Of a DNA stretch of 64,000 bases, positions 9,302-18,094 are shown piece by piece. Within the stretch, counting starts at the first letter, position 1. Every line of letters begins with the position of its first letter. The notes beneath the pieces were generated by a model. That model was given only the letters and a program-made list of their open reading frames with translations. It ran no database searches and was not told the DNA's origin. Source of the stretch: Natronomonas sp. (GTDB lineage: Archaea; Halobacteriota; Halobacteria; Halobacteriales; Haloarculaceae); contig NZ_JAQCNO010000071.1 in NCBI RefSeq assembly GCF_028274965.1, positions 69,505-133,504 on the forward strand, given 5' to 3'. The translations under genes and the position numbers were made by a program.

Positions 9302-9342
9302 CCGCGAGGGGATTTAATACGCGGGCTGTGGACTCTCCGATC

Positions 9343-10581
9343 GTGCTCGGTACGGACCCGCTCGAAGAGCTCTCGATCCCCGACGGAACGCACGTCGAGG
9401 AGCACGACCTCGCCGCCGAGGGCGACGTGCTCGTCGGCGGCCAAAGCACCGTCGAGTTGGGCGTTCGAGCGAAAACGGTCGTCGCCGGCGAGCGCGTCAC
9501 CGTCGAGGGCGACATCGAGGCCGACGGCGACTGCCGGCTCGACATGTGGTGTGACGTCGACGGAAACGTCCTCGTCGGCAGCGACGCGTACCTCGGCGAG
9601 CGCGTCCACATCACGGGACAGCTCATCGTGTCGGGGGACCTCGACATCGGCGACGACGTCGAGATCGAGGATGGCTTCGAGGCCAACGGCTGGATCGTCA
9701 TCAGGAACCCGATGCCGACGATCGTCTTTCTGTTCGTGTACCTCTCTCATCTGCTCCGGCTCGGCGAGAAGGAGGCCGCGGCCGAGGTCGCCGACGAGTT
9801 CCTCGCGGCCGACCGCGCCGCCGAACCGGTCGTGATCCCCCGCGGGGCGCGCGTGTCCGACGACAGCTGGCGCGTTTCGACGCCGGCGAGCATCGGCGAC
9901 GACTGTCGGCTCCACGGCAACATCCGGGCCACCGAGATCGACGTCGGGACGGACACGGAGGTGTTCGGCAGCCTGCGGGCCAAGGGGTCGATCGACCTCG
10001 GCGCCCGGACGGTCGTCCACGGCGACGTCACCACCCGCGGCGGGGACGTGACCGTCGGCCCGGGGACGCACGTCAGGGGCGACATCTCCTGTGACCGGTG
10101 TGAGCTCTCGGCGGCCGCCGAAATCGAGGGGACGATCCGCGCCCGCGACGGGATCTCGCTCGAGGACGCCCCGGAGGGCTCCACCGAGGCCGGGGAGACA
10201 GAAGCGGCCGACCCCGCGGCGGACGGCGAGGACACGGCGGAACCGGAGCCGACAGAGCCGGAACCGAAGGCTGAGCTGGAGGCGACGCGCCCGGTCGAAC
10301 CGGCGATCGTTCCGATCGGCGAGGGCGAACTGTCGCCCAGATCGACCGACGGCGGGGCGTTCGGGCCGCGCTCGTTCGATCGGATCGACAGGGCCACCGT
10401 TCCGATCGAGCGGGGCGACATCGAGTGGGAGTCCGTCGCGCGCCGTCGGAGCGGGACCGAGGGCGGACCCGAGGAAAGAAACGGAGCCGGGACCGGAACC
10501 GGAACCGGAACTGATGACGACGGCGACGGCGACGGCGCGGGGGACGAACCGACGGTGGTCGTCACCGACGCCGAGGAGTGA
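9343..10581 (+). CDS. Polymer-forming cytoskeletal protein with two bactofilin-like beta-helix subdomains (halofilin HalA-like)
   Basis: Two runs of degenerate beta-helix repeats (GDVLVGG..VVAGERVTVEGDIEADGD.. and HGNIRATEIDVGTDTEVFGSLRAKGSIDLGARTVVHGDVTT..) are separated by a hydrophobic helix, PMPTIVFLFVYLSHLL. The C-terminal tail is acidic and low-complexity. GTG at 9343 lies 23 nt after a TATA-like box; the track start at 9328 is also possible. Confidence 0.7.
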   Translation: MLGTDPLEELSIPDGTHVEEHDLAAEGDVLVGGQSTVELGVRAKTVVAGERVTVEGDIEADGDCRLDMWCDVDGNVLVGSDAYLGERVHITGQLIVSGDLDIGDDVEIEDGFEANGWIVIRNPMPTIVFLFVYLSHLLRLGEKEAAAEVADEFLAADRAAEPVVIPRGARVSDDSWRVSTPASIGDDCRLHGNIRATEIDVGTDTEVFGSLRAKGSIDLGARTVVHGDVTTRGGDVTVGPGTHVRGDISCDRCELSAAAEIEGTIRARDGISLEDAPEGSTEAGETEAADPAADGEDTAEPEPTEPEPKAELEATRPVEPAIVPIGEGELSPRSTDGGAFGPRSFDRIDRATVPIERGDIEWESVARRRSGTEGGPEERNGAGTGTGTGTDDDGDGDGAGDEPTVVVTDAEE

Positions 10582-10698
10582 TCCGGTTCGGACCGAGGCG
10601 TCGATCCCGTCGCCGGCGACCGACGGGGACGGTCGGCCGGGGGCGACCCCGCCGGACGCCATCGGGACGCATATACGCGAGCCCTCGGTAGTCCGGGT

Positions 10699-11880
10699 AT
10701 GCTTTCGGTCGCGCTCGCCGGGAAGCCGAACGCCGGCAAGTCGACGTTCTATCGGGCCGCCACGATGGCCGACGTCGACGTCGGCAACTACCCCTTTACG
10801 ACGATCGATCCGAACCGCGGGGTCGCTCACGTCCGGACGCGCTGTCCGTGTCTGGACCTCGACGGCCGGTGCGACGCCGACGCCTGTCGCGGCGGCAAGC
10901 GGTACGTTCCGGTCGAGCTCCTCGACGTCGCGGGGCTGGTCCCCGGCGCCCACGAGGGGAAGGGCCTCGGCAACCAGTTCCTCGACGAGTTGACCGACGC
11001 CGACGTCGTTCTCAACGTCGTCGACGCCTCGGGCGGAACGAACGAGGCCGGCGAGCCCGTCGAAACCGGCGAGTACGACCCCGTGGAGGACGTCGCCTTC
11101 GTCGAACGCGAGATGGACCTGTGGCTCGCGGGGATACTCGATCGCAACTGGGAGCGGATCGAGCGCGCGTCGCGCTCGCCGGCGTTCGACTTCGAAGAGG
11201 CGCTGACCGATGTCCTCACCGGCGTCGGCGCGAGCGAACACGACGTGGCGGCGATCCTCCGGGACACGGAGTACGACACGGACCCGATGGCCTGGAGCGA
11301 CGGGGACAGAGAGGAACTGGCCCGCTCGGTCCGCGAGCGGACGAAACCGATCGTCGTCGTCGCCAACAAGGCCGACGTCGCCCCCGAGGGAAACGTCGAA
11401 CGGCTCGAGGAGGCGGCCGAGCGGGTCGTTCCCTGCACCGCCGAGGGCGAACTCGCACTCCGAAAAGCGGCGGCGGCCGGCGTCGTGGAGTACGACCCCG
11501 GCGACGAGGGCTTTGCGATCACCGGGGAGGTCTCCGAGAGCCAGCGCAGCGGGCTCGATCGGGTCCGGTCGGTGATCGAGACCCACGGGGGAACCGGCGT
11601 GCAGGCCGCCCTCGACGGGGCCGTATACGACGTCCTCGATCGGATCACGGTGTACCCGGTGCGCAACGAGACCGGGTGGACGGACGGCCAGGGAACCGTC
11701 CTCCCGGACGCGGTTCTGTTGGCGGCCGGCGCGACGCCGAAAGACCTCGCGTTCGCCGTCCACTCCGACATCGGTGAGGGGTACCTCCACGCCGTCGACG
11801 GCCGCGAGGGGCGGCGGATCGGCGAGGACCACCCGCTCTCGGAGGGCGACGTGGTCAGGATCGTTTCGACGGCGAACTGA
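10699..11880 (+). CDS. ychF: OBG-family GTPase/ATPase YchF-like with C-terminal TGS domain
   Basis: P-loop GKPNAGKST, then YPFTTIDPN, DVAGLVPGAHEGKGLGN and NKAD motifs. Confidence 0.85.
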   Translation: MLSVALAGKPNAGKSTFYRAATMADVDVGNYPFTTIDPNRGVAHVRTRCPCLDLDGRCDADACRGGKRYVPVELLDVAGLVPGAHEGKGLGNQFLDELTDADVVLNVVDASGGTNEAGEPVETGEYDPVEDVAFVEREMDLWLAGILDRNWERIERASRSPAFDFEEALTDVLTGVGASEHDVAAILRDTEYDTDPMAWSDGDREELARSVRERTKPIVVVANKADVAPEGNVERLEEAAERVVPCTAEGELALRKAAAAGVVEYDPGDEGFAITGEVSESQRSGLDRVRSVIETHGGTGVQAALDGAVYDVLDRITVYPVRNETGWTDGQGTVLPDAVLLAAGATPKDLAFAVHSDIGEGYLHAVDGREGRRIGEDHPLSEGDVVRIVSTAN

Positions 11881-11913
11881 GCGAGACCGGATCGGCCGCC
11901 GTCGGAGGCGAGC

Positions 11914-13035
11914 TCACCGAACGGCGGCCGTCGCCTCCCGCATCACGCCGATTGCCTCCTTCAGCGTCTCGACGTCGGTCGCATAGGAGATCCGGGCGTG
12001 GCCGGCACCGCCGTCGCCGAAGGCCTCGCCGGGGACGACGACGACGCCGCGGTCGATGACGGCGTCGGTCCACCCCTCCGGTACCCGCGGCATCGCGTAG
12101 AACGCGCCCGCCGGCGTCGGGACGTCGAGGCCCATCGATTCGAGGCCGTCGAGCAGCACGTCGCGGCGCTGTTTGAAGGCCGCTTTCATCTCCGCGACGC
12201 AGTCCTGGGGACCCCGCAGCGCCCCTTCGGCGGCGTACTGGGCGGGCGCGGACGCGCAGGCCTGGACGTACTGGTGGACGCGGAGCATCCGCTCGATGCG
12301 CTCGTGGGAGCCGGTCACCCACCCGAGCCGCCAGCCGGTCATCGAGTAGGCCTTCGAGGCGGCGTTGACCACGACCACGCTGTCGGTGTCGGCGAAGTCG
12401 GCCGGCGAGTGGTGTCGCCCCTCGAAGACGAACGGCTCGTAGACCTCATCCGAGAGACAACAGACGTCGTACTCGTCGGCGATGCGGGCGAACTCCCGCA
12501 TGTCGGCCTCGCTTTGGACCGCCCCCGTCGGGTTGGCGGGGCTGTTGACGACAAACATCGCCGTGTCGTCGGTGATCGCCTCCTCGACGGCGGCCGGCGA
12601 CAGCGTCAGGTCCGCCCGGAGCCCGACCGGCTTCGGGTCGCCGCCAGCGAGGTGGGTCAGCGCCTCGTAGGAGACGAACCCCGGGTCGGGGATGATGACC
12701 TCCTCGCCCGCGTCGACGTGGGCTTCGATGGCGATGTGGAGCGCCTCGCTGCCGCCGGCGGTGGCGATCACGTCCGCCGGATCGACCGCGAAGGCGTTGT
12801 CGCGTTCGTGTTTCGCCGCGATCGCCTCCCGGAGGGACTTCGTGCCCTTGTTGGAGGTGTAGGCGTCCGTCGCGCCGGACTCGATCGCGTCGACGGCGGC
12901 CGCTCGGGCGTGTTCGGGCGTCGGGAAGTCCGGCTGTCCCAACCCGAGGTTGATTGCGTCCTCGCCGGCCGCCTCGAACACCTCGCGGATGCCGCTGATC
13001 GAGATCCGCTCGACGCGCGATGAAAACTCTCCCAT
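11914..13035 (-). CDS. Class I/II pyridoxal-phosphate aminotransferase (aspartate aminotransferase-like)
   Basis: Start is ATG at 13035 (MGEFSSRVERISISGIR). NSPANPTG and the PLP-lysine motif SKAYSMTGWRLGW are present. Confidence 0.85.
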   Translation of the reverse strand: MGEFSSRVERISISGIREVFEAAGEDAINLGLGQPDFPTPEHARAAAVDAIESGATDAYTSNKGTKSLREAIAAKHERDNAFAVDPADVIATAGGSEALHIAIEAHVDAGEEVIIPDPGFVSYEALTHLAGGDPKPVGLRADLTLSPAAVEEAITDDTAMFVVNSPANPTGAVQSEADMREFARIADEYDVCCLSDEVYEPFVFEGRHHSPADFADTDSVVVVNAASKAYSMTGWRLGWVTGSHERIERMLRVHQYVQACASAPAQYAAEGALRGPQDCVAEMKAAFKQRRDVLLDGLESMGLDVPTPAGAFYAMPRVPEGWTDAVIDRGVVVVPGEAFGDGGAGHARISYATDVETLKEAIGVMREATAAVR

Positions 13036-13138
13036 GTGCGTTTGACCGTGCGGAAGCGCAATAATTCTGCCGCGTCGACCGCGTTCGGACGGACCGTCCG
13101 GGCGGTCGCCGGGGCGTTTCGGTGCGGCCCGGTGCGGT

Positions 13139-13336
13139 TCAGTCGTCGTTGGCCGCGTTCCGGAGGGCTTCGATGTGGCGTTCGAGTCGCCGGAGCGTGG
13201 CGTCGGCATCGGCGTACCCCTGTTCGTACTCCTCGTACGTCGAATCGGCCTTCCGGAGGAACCGTTCGACGGCCGCGTCGGTCGCCTCGGTCGCGTCGGT
13301 TTCGGTCACACCGACCCGTTCGGACTCGACGCGCAT
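13139..13336 (-). CDS. Small acidic hypothetical protein (65 aa)
   Basis: MRVESERVGVTETDATEATDAAVERFLRKADSTYEEYEQGYADADATLRRLERHIEALRNAANDD. It starts 16 nt after the upstream amidotransferase stop, on the same strand. Confidence 0.5.
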   Translation of the reverse strand: MRVESERVGVTETDATEATDAAVERFLRKADSTYEEYEQGYADADATLRRLERHIEALRNAANDD

Positions 13337-13352
13337 AGGCGTTCCCGAAAGA

Positions 13353-14060
13353 TCACTCGGCCTCGATCCGTTCGGTCCGCACCTCGGAGACGTACTCGAG
13401 GAAGTTATCGAAGAGCCGTTTGGCCTCGCGGGCCGCCCGGTAGTTCTCCTCGTCGATGCCCTCCAGGACGGCCTCGATCCGCGCGTCGGGGAGCTGGTCG
13501 CGTTTGCCCTTCGTGACCGATTCGGCGGTCTCCGCGTCGTACTCGGGGTGAAACTGGACCGCGAACAGCCGGTCCTTCCGGAAGCCGTGGATCCCGTAGT
13601 CGTTTCGCGCGAACACCGTCGCCCCCGGCGGGGCCTCGGAGACCCGATCCGAGTGCGTCGTGAACACGGTCATCTCCGTGTCGACGCCCTCGAGAAGCCG
13701 GTTGCGGCCGTCCTGTTCGACGGTCCGGTAGCCGATCTCGTACTCGCCCATGTCCTCGACGCTCCCGCCAGCGACGTCGGCGATGAGCTGGTGGCCATAA
13801 CAGACGCCGAGCCCGGGCAGCCCGGCTTCGATCGCGCCGCCGACCCACGTCTTGAGCCGCCCGATCCACGGTTCGTCCCAGTAGACCGAGGCCCGCGAAC
13901 CGGTCACGACGAACCCGTCGTACCCGAAGCCCTCGGGGAGCTCCCCGGAGGGGCAGTGGAACTCGACGACGTCCGCATCGAGCTCCCGACGGAAGTTCCG
14001 GCTCGTGTCCGCGGGCTCGTGTGCCGCGTTCAACAGCGCGATCCGAGGGGCGTCCATCAC
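13353..14060 (-). CDS. Class I glutamine amidotransferase (GATase1 / peptidase C26-like)
   Basis: Catalytic triad context is present: GVCYGHQL (Cys) and QFHPEYD (His/Glu). Confidence 0.8.
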   Translation of the reverse strand: MMDAPRIALLNAAHEPADTSRNFRRELDADVVEFHCPSGELPEGFGYDGFVVTGSRASVYWDEPWIGRLKTWVGGAIEAGLPGLGVCYGHQLIADVAGGSVEDMGEYEIGYRTVEQDGRNRLLEGVDTEMTVFTTHSDRVSEAPPGATVFARNDYGIHGFRKDRLFAVQFHPEYDAETAESVTKGKRDQLPDARIEAVLEGIDEENYRAAREAKRLFDNFLEYVSEVRTERIEAE

Positions 14061-14129
14061 GTTGGGTTCGGGCGCTGTCGATCAAATCGGGTCGTGTACC
14101 GTCAGAATTTACCGCTTATCGGCCGCCGG

Positions 14130-15242
14130 TCAGTCGGTCGTGGCCGCCGCCGCCGTCCGCCGGACGTCCGCCGCGAGTTCCTCGGCGTACCGGAGCCGGA
14201 GCCGCCGCGCGTCGGGTTCGGTGAGCGTCCCGTCGGTGGGGAGCTCCTCGGCGATCGGTCGGTACGCCCCGACATCGAAGCCCATCCGATCGAGGTACGC
14301 CTTCAGCGCCGCGTCGTCGAGGCCCCGCCGGATCGCCGCCTCGACGTGGGACTCGATCGTCGGAAACGCCGGGAGGACGGTGACGTCGTCGGTCCGGACG
14401 CCGACCTCGCCGTCGATGCGGAGCTCCGCGTCGCGGAGCCGCTCGACGACGCCCGCCAGGTCGTCGGCGAGGCGGAGCGCCTGGCTCGGCAGCGTCGTGT
14501 CGGGCGATCGCCACTCGACGGTCGGGAACGTCTCTCGGAGTTTGACCGGCACCCAGACGGCGCTCTCGGGGTCGAACAGCGACTCGATCCGCGCCTCATC
14601 GACGCCGGCGCGCTCGGCCGCGCGAGCGAAGGCGTCGTAGCCGTCCCGGAGCCGGCGGCGCCACTCGTCGGTGTCGTCGACGTACGGCCACAGCTCCCCC
14701 TGTCTCTCGAGGCCGTCGTACGCCGAGCGGTACAGCTCCGAGCGCGCCCCGGGAACGAGGGGGCTGCGACCGGCGTACGGCGAGGAGTTGACGAGCGCCA
14801 ACGCGGGGTCGAGCGCGGTGAGGACGTTCAGCTGCTCGGCCTCCCGGCCGGGGAGTTGCTCGACGTGGACGTGCGTTCCCGCACACCGCCGCACGCGCCC
14901 GAAGGACTCGCCGACGGCGCGCCGTTGTATCCGGGTCCGCTCGCTCGGCAGCTGCTCGATCGGATCGTCGGTCATCGGGGTCGCAAGCGGGACGAGCCCC
15001 CGGTCGGAGGACTCCGCGCGGGCCACCACCGCGCCCATTCGTTCGAACAGTTCGGACCCGAGTTCCTCGGTCGTCTCGCAGGGCGTCGTCTTGATCTCCA
15101 AGAGCGGTTCGACGAACTCCCGTTCGACCCCGGGGGCGGCGTCGACGAGGTCGCCGGGTTCGGCGAGGCGGCCCTCGGAGTCGATCACCCAGTACTCGAG
15201 TTCGACGCTTCTCCGCATCGGGTCCCGGTCGGTCGGCGTCAC
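14130..15242 (-). CDS. gshA: Glutamate-cysteine ligase, family 2 (YbdK-type carboxylate-amine ligase); haloarchaeal GshA
   Basis: 370 aa with N-terminal [17 protein letters not shown], typical of GCS2 enzymes. This family is the gamma-glutamylcysteine ligase in Haloferax. Confidence 0.75.
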   Translation of the reverse strand: MTPTDRDPMRRSVELEYWVIDSEGRLAEPGDLVDAAPGVEREFVEPLLEIKTTPCETTEELGSELFERMGAVVARAESSDRGLVPLATPMTDDPIEQLPSERTRIQRRAVGESFGRVRRCAGTHVHVEQLPGREAEQLNVLTALDPALALVNSSPYAGRSPLVPGARSELYRSAYDGLERQGELWPYVDDTDEWRRRLRDGYDAFARAAERAGVDEARIESLFDPESAVWVPVKLRETFPTVEWRSPDTTLPSQALRLADDLAGVVERLRDAELRIDGEVGVRTDDVTVLPAFPTIESHVEAAIRRGLDDAALKAYLDRMGFDVGAYRPIAEELPTDGTLTEPDARRLRLRYAEELAADVRRTAAAATTD

Positions 15243-15554
15243 GGGCGGATCAGCCGAGGCGGTCGGTACCGGGCGCCCGTCGGCCCGCGGTCGCGGGGGC
15301 CGACGGCGCCGGAGTCGGGTTCGGTGCCGATCGCGCGGCGTCCGCTCGGTTCCTCCTGCGTGAGTTTGTCACACGAGGCCGGTCGGGTGCCGAGGGTAAT
15401 AAGTGTTCAGGTATTGTATTATACCTGCTTTCGGACGCGTATCGTGTATTTCGATCCGTAAAATACGGTTGTTCGTTTCGCGTATCTCTCTGTGAGACCA
15501 CGTTCGGAACCGTCGATCGTCGCGGCGAACGCGCCGCCGGAGCGGATCCCGTCG

Positions 15555-15563
15555 TTTATCATA
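15555..15563 (+). promoter_or_regulatory. TATA-like box for carS
   Basis: tttatcata lies 20 nt upstream of ATG 15584. Confidence 0.5.
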
Positions 15564-15583
15564 CCGCCGACCGCAGACGCCGT

Positions 15584-16120
15584 ATGGTCCTCGAAACGGT
15601 CGTCGTCGCCGTCTGGGCGATGCTCCCGGCGTACGTTCCGAACAACGTCGCGGTGCTCGCCGGCGGCGGCCGCCCGATAGACGGCGGACGGACGCTCGAG
15701 GACGGAACGCGGATCCTCGGGGACGGCAAGACGTGGCGCGGCACCGCCGTCGGCACCGCCGCCGGGATCGGCGTCGCGCTCCTTTTAAACCGGATCAGCC
15801 CCCTCGTAGGTGGTCTCGCGCCCGAACCGTTCCCGGTCGTCGCGGCGGTGTCGCTCGCCTTCGGGGCGATGCTCGGGGACGTCCTCGCCTCGTTTCTCAA
15901 GCGCCGGACCGGCAGACAGCGCGGGGCCGCCTTCGTCGGCGTCGACCAACTCGATTTCGTCGTGGCCGCGCTCGCGTTGACCGCGGTCGCCGCGACCGGG
16001 TGGTTCCTCGAGACGTTTTCGCTCGCCGTCCTCGTCGCCGTGTTCGTTCTGACCCCGGTGTTGCACGTCTCGACGAACGCCGCGGCGTACGCGCTCGGGC
16101 TGAAGGACGAGCCGTGGTGA
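15584..16120 (+). CDS. carS: CDP-archaeol synthase (CDP-2,3-bis-O-geranylgeranyl-sn-glycerol synthase)
   Basis: 178-aa polytopic membrane protein with [27 protein letters not shown] and DQLDF motifs of the DUF46/CarS family. A TATA-like box (tttatcata) lies 20 nt upstream. Confidence 0.8.
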   Translation: MVLETVVVAVWAMLPAYVPNNVAVLAGGGRPIDGGRTLEDGTRILGDGKTWRGTAVGTAAGIGVALLLNRISPLVGGLAPEPFPVVAAVSLAFGAMLGDVLASFLKRRTGRQRGAAFVGVDQLDFVVAALALTAVAATGWFLETFSLAVLVAVFVLTPVLHVSTNAAAYALGLKDEPW

Positions 16121-16204
16121 CCCGGGGGTCCGACCGCGCCGACGGGCGCCGGACCGCCCGAGGCGGCGACGTGGTTATTTGTCCGCTCCGCGCGACGCGC
16201 CGGT

Positions 16205-17311
16205 ATGGACCCCGATGCCCTCCGAGAGGAAGTCGAGACGTGGGTTCGCGACGACCTCATCACCGAAGCGCAGGCGGAAGCAATCATGGCGCGGTACGAG
16301 ACGGCGGACGGCGGCGATCGCTCGCGGGCCGTCGTTGCGCTGTCCGTCGTCGGGGCCGCGCTCGTGTTCGTCGGTGTGACGCTGTTTTTGGCGACCAACT
16401 GGGAGGACCTCCCGAGGCTCGCGCGGGTCGCCGTGCTGGTCGCGGCCCCCGGGGGCGCGTACGCGGGCGGGATCGCCGCCTACCGCCGGGCGTTCGACCG
16501 GGTCGGGCTGGCGTGCTGTCTGCTCGGGGCGTTGCTCGCCGGGCCGTCGCTGTTCTTGCTGGCCGATCTCTCGGCGGCGACCGTCGCCGAGGCGTGGGTG
16601 CTCTTGGCGTGGACGGCGATCGCGCTCCCGAGCGGCCACGCGCTCGGATCGCGGGTCGGCGTCTGGATCGGCCTCGCGGTGCTGGCCGCCCTCGTCGCCG
16701 AACTCGCCGCGCCATCCGACCCCGTCGTGCCGGTCGCCGCGCTCGGCGTCGGGCTGTTCGCCGTCGGTCGGCTCCGGACCGACCGGGTCGGGCGGGCCTA
16801 CGGGCTCGCCGGCCCGGCGCTCGCGCTCCTCGGGGCGCTGGCGCTGACGCGGGTCGAGGGGCGGTACGCGGGGTTCGACCTCGGTCCGACGGCCGTCCTC
16901 GTCGCGACCGCCGCCGCCGCGGTCCTCGGGGCCGCGGTGCTGTTTCATCGACGCGACCGCATAGGCGGCGCGTGGGCGGCGGCGGCGATCGGCTGTGTCA
17001 CGGCGGCGGCGGCGCTGGCGCTCTCGACGCCCGATCGGCTCCCGGAGACGGTCGCGTTCGTCGGCGCGCACCTCTCGGCGCTCGGCCTCGTCGCCGCGAC
17101 GGGGTACCTCGGCTACCGCAGCGGGTCCCGGGACCGCATCGATCTCGCGGTGCTCGCCGCGCTCGCACAGACGGTGTCGTTCGTGGCCTCGACGGTCGTC
17201 GACGCCCTGTCGGGGTCTGTTGCTCTCGTCGTCGCCGGCGTCCTGTTGCTCGGGGCCGGGGTCGCGATCGAGCGCGGCCGGCGGACGCTGTTGCGGCGCC
17301 TCGAGCGCTGA
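16205..17311 (+). CDS. Polytopic membrane protein, DUF2157-like
   Basis: A soluble N-terminal helix (LITEAQAEAIMARY) is followed by about 10 hydrophobic segments. Confidence 0.6.
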   Translation: MDPDALREEVETWVRDDLITEAQAEAIMARYETADGGDRSRAVVALSVVGAALVFVGVTLFLATNWEDLPRLARVAVLVAAPGGAYAGGIAAYRRAFDRVGLACCLLGALLAGPSLFLLADLSAATVAEAWVLLAWTAIALPSGHALGSRVGVWIGLAVLAALVAELAAPSDPVVPVAALGVGLFAVGRLRTDRVGRAYGLAGPALALLGALALTRVEGRYAGFDLGPTAVLVATAAAAVLGAAVLFHRRDRIGGAWAAAAIGCVTAAAALALSTPDRLPETVAFVGAHLSALGLVAATGYLGYRSGSRDRIDLAVLAALAQTVSFVASTVVDALSGSVALVVAGVLLLGAGVAIERGRRTLLRRLER

Positions 17312-17386
17312 GAGACGGCGCCCCGTCCGGAAGCGCCGCGGGCGGTCGCGGGGGGTTTTTCAACGCGACCCACGTACGTATGGCCG

Positions 17387-17911
17387 ATGAGTGAGGACAC
17401 GGCGCTTCCGGAGCGGGCCGCCCGGCCCTTCGAGCGCCACGACGCGTTCGAGCGCAACGGCGAGTGGTTCGAGGTCACGACGACGCGGTTCGACGGCCGC
17501 GCGAGCGCCGAACCGGCGGCGGGGCGAGCGATCGCGTACACCGTCGAGGTGCGGGCGCCGATGCTCTCGGCGGCCGTCGAGGGGTCCGTCGGACCGGCCG
17601 TCGAGGACGGCTGGTTCGAGACGTACGAGCGCCGCCTCGAGGACGCCCCGATGGCCGTCCGGGGCGAACTCTCGCTGTCGGAGCAGCGCGTCGTCGAGGA
17701 AACCGGCGACGCGGTCGCTGTCTTCGGGTTCGAGCTCGAAAACGCCGACCGGGCCCCGGACGTGATCAAGGCGATCGCCGAGTACGTCGAGGGCACCTAC
17801 GTCGAGGGGGTCGTCCCCGGGTACGACTACGTCCCGCCGGTGTCGTCGCTGCTCTCGCGGGCGATGCGGACCGGCGGCGGCGGTCGGGACGAGCGCGACA
17901 CGTCGCCGTGA
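17387..17911 (+). CDS. Acidic hypothetical protein of haloarchaeal type
   Basis: 174-aa ORF with non-repetitive acidic composition. I recognise no motif. Confidence 0.55.
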   Translation: MSEDTALPERAARPFERHDAFERNGEWFEVTTTRFDGRASAEPAAGRAIAYTVEVRAPMLSAAVEGSVGPAVEDGWFETYERRLEDAPMAVRGELSLSEQRVVEETGDAVAVFGFELENADRAPDVIKAIAEYVEGTYVEGVVPGYDYVPPVSSLLSRAMRTGGGGRDERDTSP

Positions 17912-18094
17912 CCGACCGCTTCGACGGAGCCGACCACCGATCACCGATCGTCGGTCGGCGTCGATCCGGACCACTCGCCCTCTGAACGCGCCGTGGGCCG
18001 TCGGGTGTAGCGGTGAGCGCGGTGACTCACCCGCACGGGGCGGGCCGTCCGGGGGACGCCGGGGTTTTTGTCCGATCGCGCCGAGCGTTCTCGT

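Noticed and set aside
9004-11832. 942-aa minus-strand ORF. Similar very long ORFs occur at 25641-28340 (+), 38277-40910 (+), 41602-43557 (-), 45965-48394 (+), 48214-50400 (-) and 55365-56966 (-).
   Set aside because: All are antisense to, or frame-shifted from, genes with clear family motifs. Their translations are dominated by R, P, G, D and E with no recognisable domains. They are high-GC artefacts, not overlapping genes.
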